64,000 nucleotides of DNA from a virus. The notes beneath the pieces are model-generated. The model did no database searches. It saw only the letters and a program-made list of their open reading frames with translations, and was not told the origin of the DNA. How positions within the stretch are numbered: position 1 is the stretch's first letter; every line of letters begins with the position of its first letter. The stretch covers positions 49,078-113,077 of the IMG/VR virus record IMGVR_UViG_3300017991_000062; one strand, given 5' to 3'. The position numbers were made by a program, and so were the translations under genes. Positions 10,015 to 19,375 of the stretch are shown here, piece by piece.

Positions 10015-10551
10015 ATGCTCCGGAGGCCCAAGGACCCCCGTTTGGCCCCGTTCGTGCTCCTGGCGGCGGCCTGGGCAGCCCTGTCGGTGCTTCCAGCCGG
10101 CTGCGCAGGGGCGGATCGCACCCCACGGTCTGCCGATGCACTGCGCATCGGTTCAGGTGTCCGCGTGGAGCTGGCCAGCCTGCCCGAGTTCCAACTGCCG
10201 GCCGACCCCGAGCCCGTGCCCGACGCGACCCCTCCGAACGAGGCCCTGGGCCAGGGGAGCCCGGCGCCATTCGACGGCATCCTGGTCACGGCCGAGTGGA
10301 TGACGTGGCACCACGAAGTCGTCCTCCAGCGCGACGAGCTGAAGGTGAAGGCCGCGGCCTGGGCCGACCTGATACCGAAGCTCCACGGCGAATGCCTCGA
10401 CGGGCTGGCCAGGACCGCAGCGGCGGCCGAGCTGAAGTGGTGGGAAGACCCGGCCCTGAACAGGTGGGCCGGCTTCCTGCTCGGTGTCGGGCTCACCATC
10501 GGCGGCATCTTCGCGGCCGACGCTATCGACGACCAGGTCGAGAAGCCGTAG
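10015..10551 (+). CDS. Putative spanin lipoprotein with C-terminal TM
   Basis: Signal peptide with lipobox-like PAGC, APFDGILV motif, C-terminal WAGFLLGVGLTIGGIFAA. Confidence 0.5.
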   Translation: MLRRPKDPRLAPFVLLAAAWAALSVLPAGCAGADRTPRSADALRIGSGVRVELASLPEFQLPADPEPVPDATPPNEALGQGSPAPFDGILVTAEWMTWHHEVVLQRDELKVKAAAWADLIPKLHGECLDGLARTAAAAELKWWEDPALNRWAGFLLGVGLTIGGIFAADAIDDQVEKP

Positions 10552-10552
10552 A

Positions 10553-10580
10553 CCCGACCCCTCGCCCGATCCAGAACTGT
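10553..10580 (+). promoter_or_regulatory. Phage-specific promoter motif copy 1 (CCCG-N17-GAACTGT)
   Basis: Intergenic, upstream of the helicase RBS; one of 7 matched copies. Confidence 0.65.
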
Positions 10581-10615
10581 TGCTCACGGGCTACGCCCGG
10601 GGAGGAGGGTTCGCC

Positions 10616-12082
10616 GTGATCGTGTTGCGAGTGGGCGATAACAAGACCGTCATCGAGGGCGCGGACAAACCGACGATCAAGCTGCTCGACCAGCGCACCT
10701 CATACCGCGTCGAGGGCTTCCAGTTCAGCAGCGGCTTCCGTAACCGGAGCTGGGACGGCAAGGTGCACACCCTGCGCTATTCCGCGACCTACGGGCTGCG
10801 GCTCTACACCGGGCTCGTCCCGGTGGTGACGCAGTACCTCCGCAACCTGGGTCACGAGGTCGTGGTGCACGACGAGCGCCGCGGCTTCACCCGGCGCTTT
10901 ACGGTGGGCTGGTACTCCGACATGGAGCTGCGCGACTACCAGAAGGACGTCATCGAGGACGCCCTGTCGGAGAGCGTGACGTTGCCAGGCCGCGGGATGC
11001 TGTCGATGGCGGTGCGCTCGGGCAAGACCGTCACCGCGGCCGGGCTCATCCACCGCACCGGGGCTCGGACCCTGTTCATCGTCAACCAGGAACGGCAGCT
11101 CACCCAGACGGTGAAGCTGTTCCGGTCCATCTTCAAGCGCGACCGGGTGGGGCAGGTGGGCGGCGGCCAGCGACAGCTCGGACGCCCCGTCACCGTGGCG
11201 ATGGTGCAGACGCTCTTCCGGCGCCGGAAGACGGCCGAGATCCGCGAGTTGATGAAGTCGGTCGACATGCTGTTCGTGGACGAGTGCCACCACCTGCGCT
11301 CGGCCGAGACCTGGAAGCGGCTGGTGCTGATGTGCGATGCCTACTACAAGTTCGGCCTGTCGGCGACCATCTACCTGTCGCACAAGAAGGACGATAACAA
11401 GAAGGGCGCGGTGTGGCTCCACGCCCTGACCGGCCCGCTGCTCAAGACGGTCAGCACGCGCACCCTCATCGGCCGCGGTGTGCTGGTGCCGGCAACCATC
11501 CGCTTCATCCGGGTCAACGGGCCCGAGGTGGCCGGCTCCGACTGGCACCTGCTGAAGCGCGAGGGCATCATCGACCACCGGCAGCGGAACAAGCTCGCGG
11601 CCCTCACCGCTGCGAAGCGGCTGCGGCGCGGCCGGCGCGTGCTGGTCATCGCGCACGAGATCCGGCACATGAACAACCTGGAGGAGGAGCTGTCGAAGGC
11701 CGGTGTCGAGAGCGACCAGATCGCACGGGTCGAAGGCAAGACCAGCCCTGGCCGACGCGACGACCTCATCGGCGACTTCACCAGTGGCCGGAAGCCGCTC
11801 CTGCTCGGCAACGTGTTCAAGGAGGCGGTCGACATCCCGGCCATCGAAGACGTCATCGTCTGCGAGGGTGGCAAGGATCGGAAGGCGGCCATCCAGCGGC
11901 TCCGCAACCTGACGCCCGGCCGTGGCAAGGCCCGGCGCGTGTACCTCTACGACTTCGCCGACATGCACAACCGCATCCTCGCAGCGCACAGCGCGTCCAG
12001 GCTGGCCGCGTACCGCGCCGAGGGCTGTTTCGACTTCGGGGTGGTGGACCACCGCAAGCGGAGGCGACCGCGTAGGGCTTGA
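10616..12082 (+). CDS. Superfamily 2 DNA helicase (UvsW-like)
   Basis: LRDYQ (Q motif), RSGKT (motif I), DECH (motif II), GLSAT (motif III); start chosen at the GTG after ggaggaggg. Confidence 0.9.
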   Translation: MIVLRVGDNKTVIEGADKPTIKLLDQRTSYRVEGFQFSSGFRNRSWDGKVHTLRYSATYGLRLYTGLVPVVTQYLRNLGHEVVVHDERRGFTRRFTVGWYSDMELRDYQKDVIEDALSESVTLPGRGMLSMAVRSGKTVTAAGLIHRTGARTLFIVNQERQLTQTVKLFRSIFKRDRVGQVGGGQRQLGRPVTVAMVQTLFRRRKTAEIRELMKSVDMLFVDECHHLRSAETWKRLVLMCDAYYKFGLSATIYLSHKKDDNKKGAVWLHALTGPLLKTVSTRTLIGRGVLVPATIRFIRVNGPEVAGSDWHLLKREGIIDHRQRNKLAALTAAKRLRRGRRVLVIAHEIRHMNNLEEELSKAGVESDQIARVEGKTSPGRRDDLIGDFTSGRKPLLLGNVFKEAVDIPAIEDVIVCEGGKDRKAAIQRLRNLTPGRGKARRVYLYDFADMHNRILAAHSASRLAAYRAEGCFDFGVVDHRKRRRPRRA

Positions 12083-12107
12083 CCGAGGTGCTGATGTGTC
12101 CTATGGT
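12079..12107 (+). promoter_or_regulatory. sigma70-type promoter TTGACC-N17-TATGGT
   Basis: Correct spacing; upstream of the initiator gene. Confidence 0.55.
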
Positions 12108-12181
12108 GCCACCCCTGCGCTCCGCTCCCTCCCAACTGCACAGGGCGGCGGGGATTGCAGGTTCGAGAGGGACGTGGTGAA

Positions 12182-13648
12182 ATGAAGGCGCGACGGCGTG
12201 ATCCGGTTCGGGTAGGAGCCGGGAGCGGGGAACCCAGGTCGGCACGGCGGCGGCCTGGTCGCAGCGTCCCAACCCGCTCCCGTCCTGTGCAGCCCGACAC
12301 CGACACGCATCCCCCTGACCCCCGTGCTGGTCGCCAGGCCAGCACGGGGGTCGTCCTCCCACCCCAATTCTCCGACCGCACCTGCCAACATCTACTCGAC
12401 AAGCTGCTTGAGGTGACCGCCGCACCTCTCGCGGCTCTCGTCGCGGGCTCGGGCCACTACGCCGGGTCACGGCCGGCCCAGGTGCTCCGACACGCTATCG
12501 AGTCAGCCTTCGCTGGTCGGCCGGTGAACCGTGCCGACCTGGTGCGCGACCTGGGGCTCACTCTCGACAAGGTGCGGGCCGACCGCGACAGGCTGATGAA
12601 CCTGGGGGTTGACCTGCGCTTCCGCCGCGGCACCCGGCACGACTTCCGCATCGTCATCGACACGCAGCGAGCAGTCCGACCCCTGCGAAAATATGCCAGG
12701 AAGAACCCGGACTTGGATGGCCTTTGTGGGGTTTTCCCGGAGCCGGACCCCACAAAGGTCACGCAACCCCTTGATATTACTGGCACCGACCCCACAAAGG
12801 ACCGGCCGCCCAAGTCGAGACCCCACAAAGGCGGCAGGCGCAGCGAGCCCAAGAACCCCACAAAGGGAAAGCAACGTCACAGAAAGACTGGCAAAAAGAA
12901 GCGGACCAAGGCCGGCTCCGCACCCTGCACAGATGCAAGCGTACCCCCGCGCGTAATAGCTACTAGCTACAAAGGGGGTAAGGCTGGTGCTGTGCCCCGT
13001 CCTTGCTCCGCTACGCTCCGCAAGGACGGGGCCGGTCGCGCTGCGACCGCCGGCTCCCGGTCAGCGATTGCCGACCCCGACGAGATGCAAAGGCTGCTCA
13101 CACTCGCCCGGCCCACCGGCTCTGACCTCACCCGGCGTCGGACCCTGGTGCGGGCGCTCTCGGCTCGGTTCAACCTCGCCTATCGAAAGGCGTGGCGGGC
13201 GGCCTACGGAAAGCGGCCGGCCCAGGACTACTCGAAGGCGTTCGAGGAGGTCGCTGTCTGGTGCGCGGTCGAGGGCATCGAGCCGGCCGAGTATATCAAG
13301 GTCAGCAGTGAGACGGCGAAGCGCTTCGCCAACTGGAAGCTCATCCCGGCGTCGGTGCTCGCGTCGGTCAAGACCCGCGATAGGTACGTCGAGGAGGTGG
13401 CCACGCGCAAGCGGGCCAGGTCGAAGCACGCGGGCTTCAGCTACGACTACGATCTAGACGTCGGCGACCTGAAACGACGGCTTGTGGGGGCGAAGCTGCC
13501 AGGCGCCCGCGAGCTGGACGAGAAGACCCTCCACCGTATCGAACGGCTCTGCAAACACGGGCTCGACGGGCGGCTGCCCGTGATGTCGCGCAAGCTGGAA
13601 CCGTTTGTGAGGTGGGCACTGGACCACGTATATCGGAAGCGGAGGTGA
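12182..13648 (+). CDS. Putative replication initiator (lambda O-like organisation)
   Basis: HTH-like segment (NRADLVRDLGLTLDKVRADRDRL), internal iterons, directly upstream of a DnaC-like loader and DnaB; start uncertain. Confidence 0.6.
   Translation: MKARRRDPVRVGAGSGEPRSARRRPGRSVPTRSRPVQPDTDTHPPDPRAGRQASTGVVLPPQFSDRTCQHLLDKLLEVTAAPLAALVAGSGHYAGSRPAQVLRHAIESAFAGRPVNRADLVRDLGLTLDKVRADRDRLMNLGVDLRFRRGTRHDFRIVIDTQRAVRPLRKYARKNPDLDGLCGVFPEPDPTKVTQPLDITGTDPTKDRPPKSRPHKGGRRSEPKNPTKGKQRHRKTGKKKRTKAGSAPCTDASVPPRVIATSYKGGKAGAVPRPCSATLRKDGAGRAATAGSRSAIADPDEMQRLLTLARPTGSDLTRRRTLVRALSARFNLAYRKAWRAAYGKRPAQDYSKAFEEVAVWCAVEGIEPAEYIKVSSETAKRFANWKLIPASVLASVKTRDRYVEEVATRKRARSKHAGFSYDYDLDVGDLKRRLVGAKLPGARELDEKTLHRIERLCKHGLDGRLPVMSRKLEPFVRWALDHVYRKRR
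12721..12866. repeat. Iteron cluster CCCCACAAAGG (putative origin)
   Basis: Direct copies at 12748, 12790, 12821 and 12856; inverted copy at 12721-12731. Confidence 0.8.
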
Positions 13649-13652
13649 GGCG

Positions 13653-14432
13653 GTGCTGAACCTGACCAGGGCCGCGGAGGAGGCCGAGCAGATGAGGGAG
13701 CGGGTGGTCGACGCCTGCGACCTCTGCGGCGGCCAGGGTGCCACCGTGCCTGACGAGGACGACATCGACCCCGACACGATGGAGCCGCGTGTCGTGCCCT
13801 GCACCTGCTACCTGGAGGCCGTGCGGCAGGTGCGGCTCATCGAGGGCAACGTGCCCCGGGAGTTCAGGGAGGAGGCCGAGGCCACATTCAAGGCGTTCGC
13901 GGAGGGGCCGAACGAAGTCGTGGCCGAGCTGCTCTCGGAGTACGTGAACCGGATGGAGGCGGCCCGGCGTCACGGCCTGGGCTTCTTCTTCTACGGCGAG
14001 AACGGGGTCGGGAAGACGCTGTGCGCGACGTGGCTCCTGTCGCAGGCCGTGCGCAAGGGGCTGTCGGTGTTCTACGTCACTGCCGACGAGTGGCTCGAAG
14101 GCGTCCGTGCCGGCTTCCGCGACGAGGAGCTGGTGGAGTGGATGAGGTTGCAGACCGAGGCCGACCTGTTCGTGCTGGACGAGCTAGGCAAGGAGCACCG
14201 TGCGGCCGGCAGCACCTTCGCGCCGGCCGAGTTCGACAAGCTCATCCGGGGTCGGGCCAGCGCACTCAAGCCGACCGTGGTGGTGAGCAACATCCAGGAC
14301 CGTGACCAGGTGCGCGAGGACCTCGGCAGTTCGCTCACCTCGATCCTGTCTGGGCGTCGGTTCCGGTGGGTCGAGTTTGAGCCTGGCGACTTCCGAGGCG
14401 CCGTGACCTGGGAGGAGCTGTTGAATGAGTAG
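13653..14432 (+). CDS. DnaC/IstB-like ATPase (helicase loader)
   Basis: N-terminal CxxC..CxC, Walker A GENGVGKT, LFVLDELGKE, TVVVSN. Confidence 0.85.
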   Translation: MLNLTRAAEEAEQMRERVVDACDLCGGQGATVPDEDDIDPDTMEPRVVPCTCYLEAVRQVRLIEGNVPREFREEAEATFKAFAEGPNEVVAELLSEYVNRMEAARRHGLGFFFYGENGVGKTLCATWLLSQAVRKGLSVFYVTADEWLEGVRAGFRDEELVEWMRLQTEADLFVLDELGKEHRAAGSTFAPAEFDKLIRGRASALKPTVVVSNIQDRDQVREDLGSSLTSILSGRRFRWVEFEPGDFRGAVTWEELLNE

Positions 14433-14646
14433 CCGACGCGACTGCGGCAACTGCGCCTTCGGGCCGGCGATCCGGTGGGTGTGCCCACACTGCGGCATCT
14501 GCCAAACCGAGAGCCGGCATGGCCGTCCACCTCCGTACTGGGCCAAGACGATGACGCGCGAGCTGGCGGCGCGTTCTGGCTGTGGTGCCTGCACCGGCTT
14601 CGGTGACTGTGCAGCGATGCAGAGGGCGGGGGTCGAGCGTGGCTAG
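14425..14646 (+). CDS. Small Cys-rich protein
   Basis: Several CxxC motifs; overlaps both neighbouring genes. Confidence 0.5.
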   Translation: MSSRRDCGNCAFGPAIRWVCPHCGICQTESRHGRPPPYWAKTMTRELAARSGCGACTGFGDCAAMQRAGVERG

Positions 14647-16003
14647 CGTGAAGAAGTTCGATGCTGATATGGAGCGCGCCGTGCTCGCCCGGTGCCTCTC
14701 CGACCTGACGTTCCTGCGCGAGGCTGTCGGCGTGGCCGCGGCTCACGACTTCAGCTCGAAGCCTCTCGGGTGGGTGTTCGGCGAGATGAAGCGCCACTAT
14801 GAGCGGCGGCGCGAGCTGATGTCGGGGCGCACCCTGGTCGGCCGGCTCAAGGCTACGATCAAGGATGCCGACGCTCGCGAGGCGCACGTCCGTTCCATCC
14901 GTGAGGTGCTCGCTGCCGACTCCGCTGATGCCGGTGCTGCCCTGGACCTGCTGACCGACTTCGTTCGCTTCCAGCGCCTTCACGCAACCGGCGCGGCCCT
15001 GGTCGAGAAGCTGGAGGCCGGTGACCTGGAGGCGGCCGAGGCCGCCGTCGCTCGGCAGTACCGGCAACGGGTGGGCGGTCCCGACTACGACCGCCTCGAC
15101 TGGTGGGGAACCTTCGATGAGCGGCAGTCCACCACCCTCGCGGAGATCAAGGCGGGGAAGCGGCTGTCGATCCGCACCGGCATCAGGAAGCTCGACAAGG
15201 TCATCCTCGGGCAGCACGTCGGCGAGCTTGGGATGCTGCTCGGCACCACCGGCAAGGGGAAGACGATCTTCCTGCTCAACTTCACCGTGGCGGCTGCGCT
15301 CCAGGGCTTCGGCGGTATCTTCTTCGCGCTGGAGATGCCGGCCCGGCAGGTGTGCCGGCGCCTGGACGCCCGCATCCTCAAGACGCCCTACACCCGGTTC
15401 CGCAGCCTGGACTTCGATGAGCGCGAGTGGAAGTCGCTGCGGAAGATGATGGTGCGGCGCAAGCGTTCCTTCGAGGGGATGATTGATGTGGTGTCGGTGC
15501 CCGTGGCCAAGTGCACCACGTCGCTCCTGGAGGAGGTGATTGAGGAGCGCCGCGCTGACGGCCTGCCGGTCGACTTCGTGATGTTCGACAGCCTCGACCA
15601 TGTCCGGCCCGAGACCAGGCGCCGCACCGAGAGCAAGCGCATCGAGGCGAGCGACGTGTACTGGTGGGCCAAGGGCCTCGCGATGGGCAGCGGCGACACC
15701 CCAGGCTTCGCGAGCTGGACCACCTGCCACGCTGGTCGGGAGTGGCGCTACCGCATCGCCACCCCGGAGGCTGCGAGTGAAGCCTACGACAAGAGCCGTA
15801 TCTGCGACGACGTGGTCAGCATCAACCAGTCGCGGGCCGAGGAGAAGGTTGGGCTGATGACAGCCTACCTCGCCAAGTACCGCGAAGGCCCGAGCTGGAT
15901 TAAGATCCCGCTGTCCACGAACTACCAACTGATGACGTACCGCGAGCTTCGGGAAGCCGAGCGTGCTGCCATCGCTGGCGAGGAGGAGGAAGACGATGAA
16001 TAG
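14639..16003 (+). CDS. dnaB: Replicative helicase DnaB-like
   Basis: TGIRKLDKVILG, GTTGKGKT, FALEM, MFDSLDHV, AKYREGP. Confidence 0.85.
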   Translation: MASVKKFDADMERAVLARCLSDLTFLREAVGVAAAHDFSSKPLGWVFGEMKRHYERRRELMSGRTLVGRLKATIKDADAREAHVRSIREVLAADSADAGAALDLLTDFVRFQRLHATGAALVEKLEAGDLEAAEAAVARQYRQRVGGPDYDRLDWWGTFDERQSTTLAEIKAGKRLSIRTGIRKLDKVILGQHVGELGMLLGTTGKGKTIFLLNFTVAAALQGFGGIFFALEMPARQVCRRLDARILKTPYTRFRSLDFDEREWKSLRKMMVRRKRSFEGMIDVVSVPVAKCTTSLLEEVIEERRADGLPVDFVMFDSLDHVRPETRRRTESKRIEASDVYWWAKGLAMGSGDTPGFASWTTCHAGREWRYRIATPEAASEAYDKSRICDDVVSINQSRAEEKVGLMTAYLAKYREGPSWIKIPLSTNYQLMTYRELREAERAAIAGEEEEDDE

Positions 16004-16169
16004 CTGGACCTGGAAGCATGTCGTGACGATGTTGATCGTGGCCGGGTTGCTCGGGTGGTTCATGTTCAACGCTCGTGCCTGCGACACGACTAACCGCAAG
16101 ACGAGTGCCGACAAGGAAGTTCGGTTGGAAGAGATCCGGCACGGGTGTCGGGCAGGGAGGCCGCATTGA
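15996..16169 (+). CDS. Small membrane protein
   Basis: RBS ggagga; single TM segment. Confidence 0.45.
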   Translation: MNSWTWKHVVTMLIVAGLLGWFMFNARACDTTNRKTSADKEVRLEEIRHGCRAGRPH

Positions 16170-16364
16170 GCCCGCTGGCGCCTGGCGACGGAGTGTCGCT
16201 CGCCGACCAGCCTTGCGAGCTGGCCAGCGACGGCCCTGGTGACTGGTCCTGCTATGCGGAGCGCAAGTTCTTCGACTCGGAGTATGAGCGCTGTGGGCCT
16301 TGCCAAGCGCGGGCCGACCTGGGCTTCGAGAGCGAGCTGGACTACGCGGAAAGGAGCGGGAGCG

Positions 16365-16757
16365 ATGGCTGATGACCTGTGCGACACCTGTGGAGGCTGC
16401 GGCGATGTTCCTGGCATGGGGCATCGGGTGAGCTGTGACGACTGCGGCGGCACCGGGAAGAAGGGCGGGACGCCCGACACCTGGGTCATCCCCAGGTTCA
16501 CCCCCATCGCGCCGGGCACGAAGCCTGACTTCCCCGTGCCGATGGACGAGTACCCGCGGCTCGCCGTGGGCACCGTGCTCGTCTCGAACGGCATGGTCTT
16601 CAAGGTGGCCGCGGTGAAGGAGGACGGGGGCATGGTCAGCGCCCACTTCTGCGGCATGACCCAGTCCTGGGTGAAGAAGATGCGGCAGAAGTACGGCTCG
16701 CAACGCAAGCGCCGGGCTGAAATGGTCGCCAGGCGCCACAAGGGCGGGAAGCGCTGA
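16365..16757 (+). CDS. Hypothetical protein with DnaJ-type CxxCxGxG repeats
   Basis: CDTCGGCG, CDDCGGTG. Confidence 0.55.
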   Translation: MADDLCDTCGGCGDVPGMGHRVSCDDCGGTGKKGGTPDTWVIPRFTPIAPGTKPDFPVPMDEYPRLAVGTVLVSNGMVFKVAAVKEDGGMVSAHFCGMTQSWVKKMRQKYGSQRKRRAEMVARRHKGGKR

Positions 16758-16996
16758 TGAAGGTGACCGTGAGCTACGCCTGCGACGCTTGCGGCCAGCC
16801 GTGGCCGACCAATGATGAGGCGTTCGCGTTTGCGGAGCTTGCGGTGAGCGGTGAGCCCTATCTCTGCCACGTCTGCGGGCGGCCGATGCGATATGGCTCG
16901 TGCGCTACCTGTGCCGACACCACCTGCGGATTCCAGGGCACCGGCAGCGGTGTCGAGGAGTACACGTGCTGGAAGGAGTCTCCGGGTGAGGATTGA
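16757..16996 (+). CDS. Small Zn-ribbon protein
   Basis: CDAC, CHVC, CATC; translationally coupled (TGATG). Confidence 0.5.
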   Translation: MKVTVSYACDACGQPWPTNDEAFAFAELAVSGEPYLCHVCGRPMRYGSCATCADTTCGFQGTGSGVEEYTCWKESPGED

Positions 16997-17987
16997 CTTC
17001 GAGGAGCACCTCAACACCTTCAGCGAGTGCAAGGAGCGTCCAGGCCGCAGCGGGCCGCAGCTACTCACCCGTGACTGTCCGTTCTGTGGCGATGGAGGCT
17101 GGCACCTCTACGTGAACGCCCGCAACGGGCTGTGGAAGTGCATGAAGTGCAGCGAGGTCGGGAGCTACCTGCGCCTCGCCGCGGCGTTCCTGGGCATTCC
17201 TCTTCACGAGGCTGCGCGCACCATTCGCGGGCTGCCGCCGCGGCGGGCTCCGCGGGTCAACGAGCTTGGCCGGCTGCGCGAGGCTGTCTACGACATCGAC
17301 TGGGACGGGCTGCGCGGAAGTGACCCGGTCACCGTGCCTCTGCCCGAGCGGTTCAAGCCTTGCTACCTGGACGGACGCTATCGCATTCCGAAGGCGCTGA
17401 AGCGGCGCCGGCTGAAGAAGCGCACCATCCGCGAGTTCAACCTGGGCTACTGCGGCCTCGGCACCTACGGCAGGCGCATCATCATCCCAGTGGTGACAGG
17501 CACCGAGCACGCATTCCAGGCCAGGGCCTACGACAGCGACGTGTACGGCCCGAAGTATCTCTCTCCGAAGGTGGACATGGGCCGGCTCCTGTTCGGCGAG
17601 CCGTGGCTCGCTGCGGGCCTGCCGCGGGTGGTGGTGGTCGAGGGTGTCTTCGACGTCATGCGGCTGCACGAGTACGGCATCCCGGCAGTCGCCGTTCTGG
17701 GCAAGTCGGTCAGCGAGCGGCAGATCACGATCCTCTTGAGCCGAGCCCCTCGCGAGGTGGTGCTGATGCTGGATGCCGACGACCCGAGGGCCGAGGGCTC
17801 GGCGTGGGATGCTGTCGACCGGCTGCGCGGCGAGGTGAAGTCGGTCAGGCTGGCGAGCTTGCCGCCAGGCCGCGATCCCGACACGGCCACGGCTCAAGAG
17901 GTGGACGACGCTATCGCTGCGGCCCGTGATGCGAGCCCAGTGTGTTCAACGCTGCGGGGCAGGCTGTCCAAGCTGCGACACGACTGA
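16986..17987 (+). CDS. dnaG: DNA primase (Zn finger + Toprim)
   Basis: CPFC...CMKC, RIIIP, FQAR, PKYL, VVVEGVFD, MLDAD, DPD. Confidence 0.9.
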   Translation: MRIDFEEHLNTFSECKERPGRSGPQLLTRDCPFCGDGGWHLYVNARNGLWKCMKCSEVGSYLRLAAAFLGIPLHEAARTIRGLPPRRAPRVNELGRLREAVYDIDWDGLRGSDPVTVPLPERFKPCYLDGRYRIPKALKRRRLKKRTIREFNLGYCGLGTYGRRIIIPVVTGTEHAFQARAYDSDVYGPKYLSPKVDMGRLLFGEPWLAAGLPRVVVVEGVFDVMRLHEYGIPAVAVLGKSVSERQITILLSRAPREVVLMLDADDPRAEGSAWDAVDRLRGEVKSVRLASLPPGRDPDTATAQEVDDAIAAARDASPVCSTLRGRLSKLRHD

Positions 17988-18061
17988 CCGCCACAAGCTG
18001 CGACAATCAAAGAAGCTGTAACCTACCGCTATCTCTGACGCATTTTCTGCGCATTTTTCGC

Positions 18062-18090
18062 TTGCATTGGATTCTGACCTGTCCTACTAT
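18062..18090 (+). promoter_or_regulatory. sigma70-type promoter TTGCAT-N17-TACTAT
   Basis: AT-rich intergenic region with T-tracts upstream; RBS aggagg before 18124. Confidence 0.65.
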
Positions 18091-18123
18091 TGGTTCCAGC
18101 GTGAGAGGAGTCAGGAGGCTAGC

Positions 18124-19374
18124 ATGGCAACCCGAGAGTTCGACCGTAAAGGGCGCAAGCGGATTCGGTGCATGGAGTGTGGGGAGTTCTTCCACGCCCT
18201 CGCGCCGCACCTGAAGAAGCGCCACGACATGAGCGTGGAGGAGTACCTGGGGAAGAACACCGTCGACGGTGAGCCTCCCCCGCCGACGATCTCCACCTAC
18301 GCAAGCGAGGAGATCGACGCGAGTCGCAAGCGCAAGAAGAAGCGCGAGCGGCCGGCACCGCAGCCCGACACCGCGGTCGCCGGGCCGTCCGACGCCGACT
18401 TCGCGGAGAAGCCGCTCGATGCACTGGTCATCGAAGGGTGGGAGATCCCGATCCGCGACCCCGAGTGCATCCCCGAGCAGGCCCGGCAGCACGTCCCGCC
18501 GCACGACGAGAACTACGAGCCCGACAACGACCTGCTCGGGCGCGTGGCCCAGGCCGTCGAGCTGGACGAGGTGCTCATGCTCACTGGGCCGACCGGCAGC
18601 GGCAAGACGTCGCTCTGCTACACGGTCGGCGCCCTGATGAACATGCCCTGCGTCCGCATCCAGTGCGACGGCGAAACCAGCTACGGCAAGCTCTTCGGCA
18701 AGACCCAGGTGAGGGTCGACTCCGAGAGCGGGAAGCAGGTGACGGTCTTCGAGCAGGGCCTCATCCCGGTGGCCGGCCGTTCCGGCGCGTTCATCATCGT
18801 GGATGAGGCCGACGCCCTGTCGCCCGACGTGCGCATCGCGCTTCACGAGTGTCTGGAGAAGGACGCCCTGGGGCGCCGCAAGTGCACCCTCGAAACCGGG
18901 GCCGAGGGCGACCTCGCCGAGGTGGTGTGGTTCCACCCGATGACGAGGTTCTTCCTCACGGGGAACAACCTCGGTTCCGACCTCGACGGGCTGTACGGTG
19001 GCACCGACAGCGCGCCGAACCTCGCCTTCCTGGACCGCTGCGAGCGCGTCAACGTCGGCTACCCCTCGCAGAAGATCGTCGCGAAGATCGTCGAGGCCAA
19101 GAGTGGCGGGCTGGCGCCGGCCACCTGCAAGCTCATCGCCAAGGCGGTTCACGAGGTGCTCCAGGCCCACGTCACCGCGAGCCTGCCCTGGGTCCTGTCG
19201 CTGCGGCGGGCCGTGGTGCTCGGGACCAAGATGCGCCTCTATGAGGAGCGCGGCATCGACGCGAAGAAGGCGGTGCAGGTGGCGGTCCTGGACAACGTGC
19301 CGGTCGACGACGTGCGCAACGACGTCCGCGGCATCCTCCAGCGTGTCGGCCTGCCGACCCCGAAGGCGGTGTAG
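18124..19374 (+). CDS. MoxR/CobS-like AAA+ ATPase with N-terminal Ros/MucR-type Zn finger
   Basis: CMECG..FHAL..HL..RH.MSVEEY; GPTGSGKT; IIVDEAD; AFLDR. Confidence 0.85.
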   Translation: MATREFDRKGRKRIRCMECGEFFHALAPHLKKRHDMSVEEYLGKNTVDGEPPPPTISTYASEEIDASRKRKKKRERPAPQPDTAVAGPSDADFAEKPLDALVIEGWEIPIRDPECIPEQARQHVPPHDENYEPDNDLLGRVAQAVELDEVLMLTGPTGSGKTSLCYTVGALMNMPCVRIQCDGETSYGKLFGKTQVRVDSESGKQVTVFEQGLIPVAGRSGAFIIVDEADALSPDVRIALHECLEKDALGRRKCTLETGAEGDLAEVVWFHPMTRFFLTGNNLGSDLDGLYGGTDSAPNLAFLDRCERVNVGYPSQKIVAKIVEAKSGGLAPATCKLIAKAVHEVLQAHVTASLPWVLSLRRAVVLGTKMRLYEERGIDAKKAVQVAVLDNVPVDDVRNDVRGILQRVGLPTPKAV

Positions 19375-19375
19375 C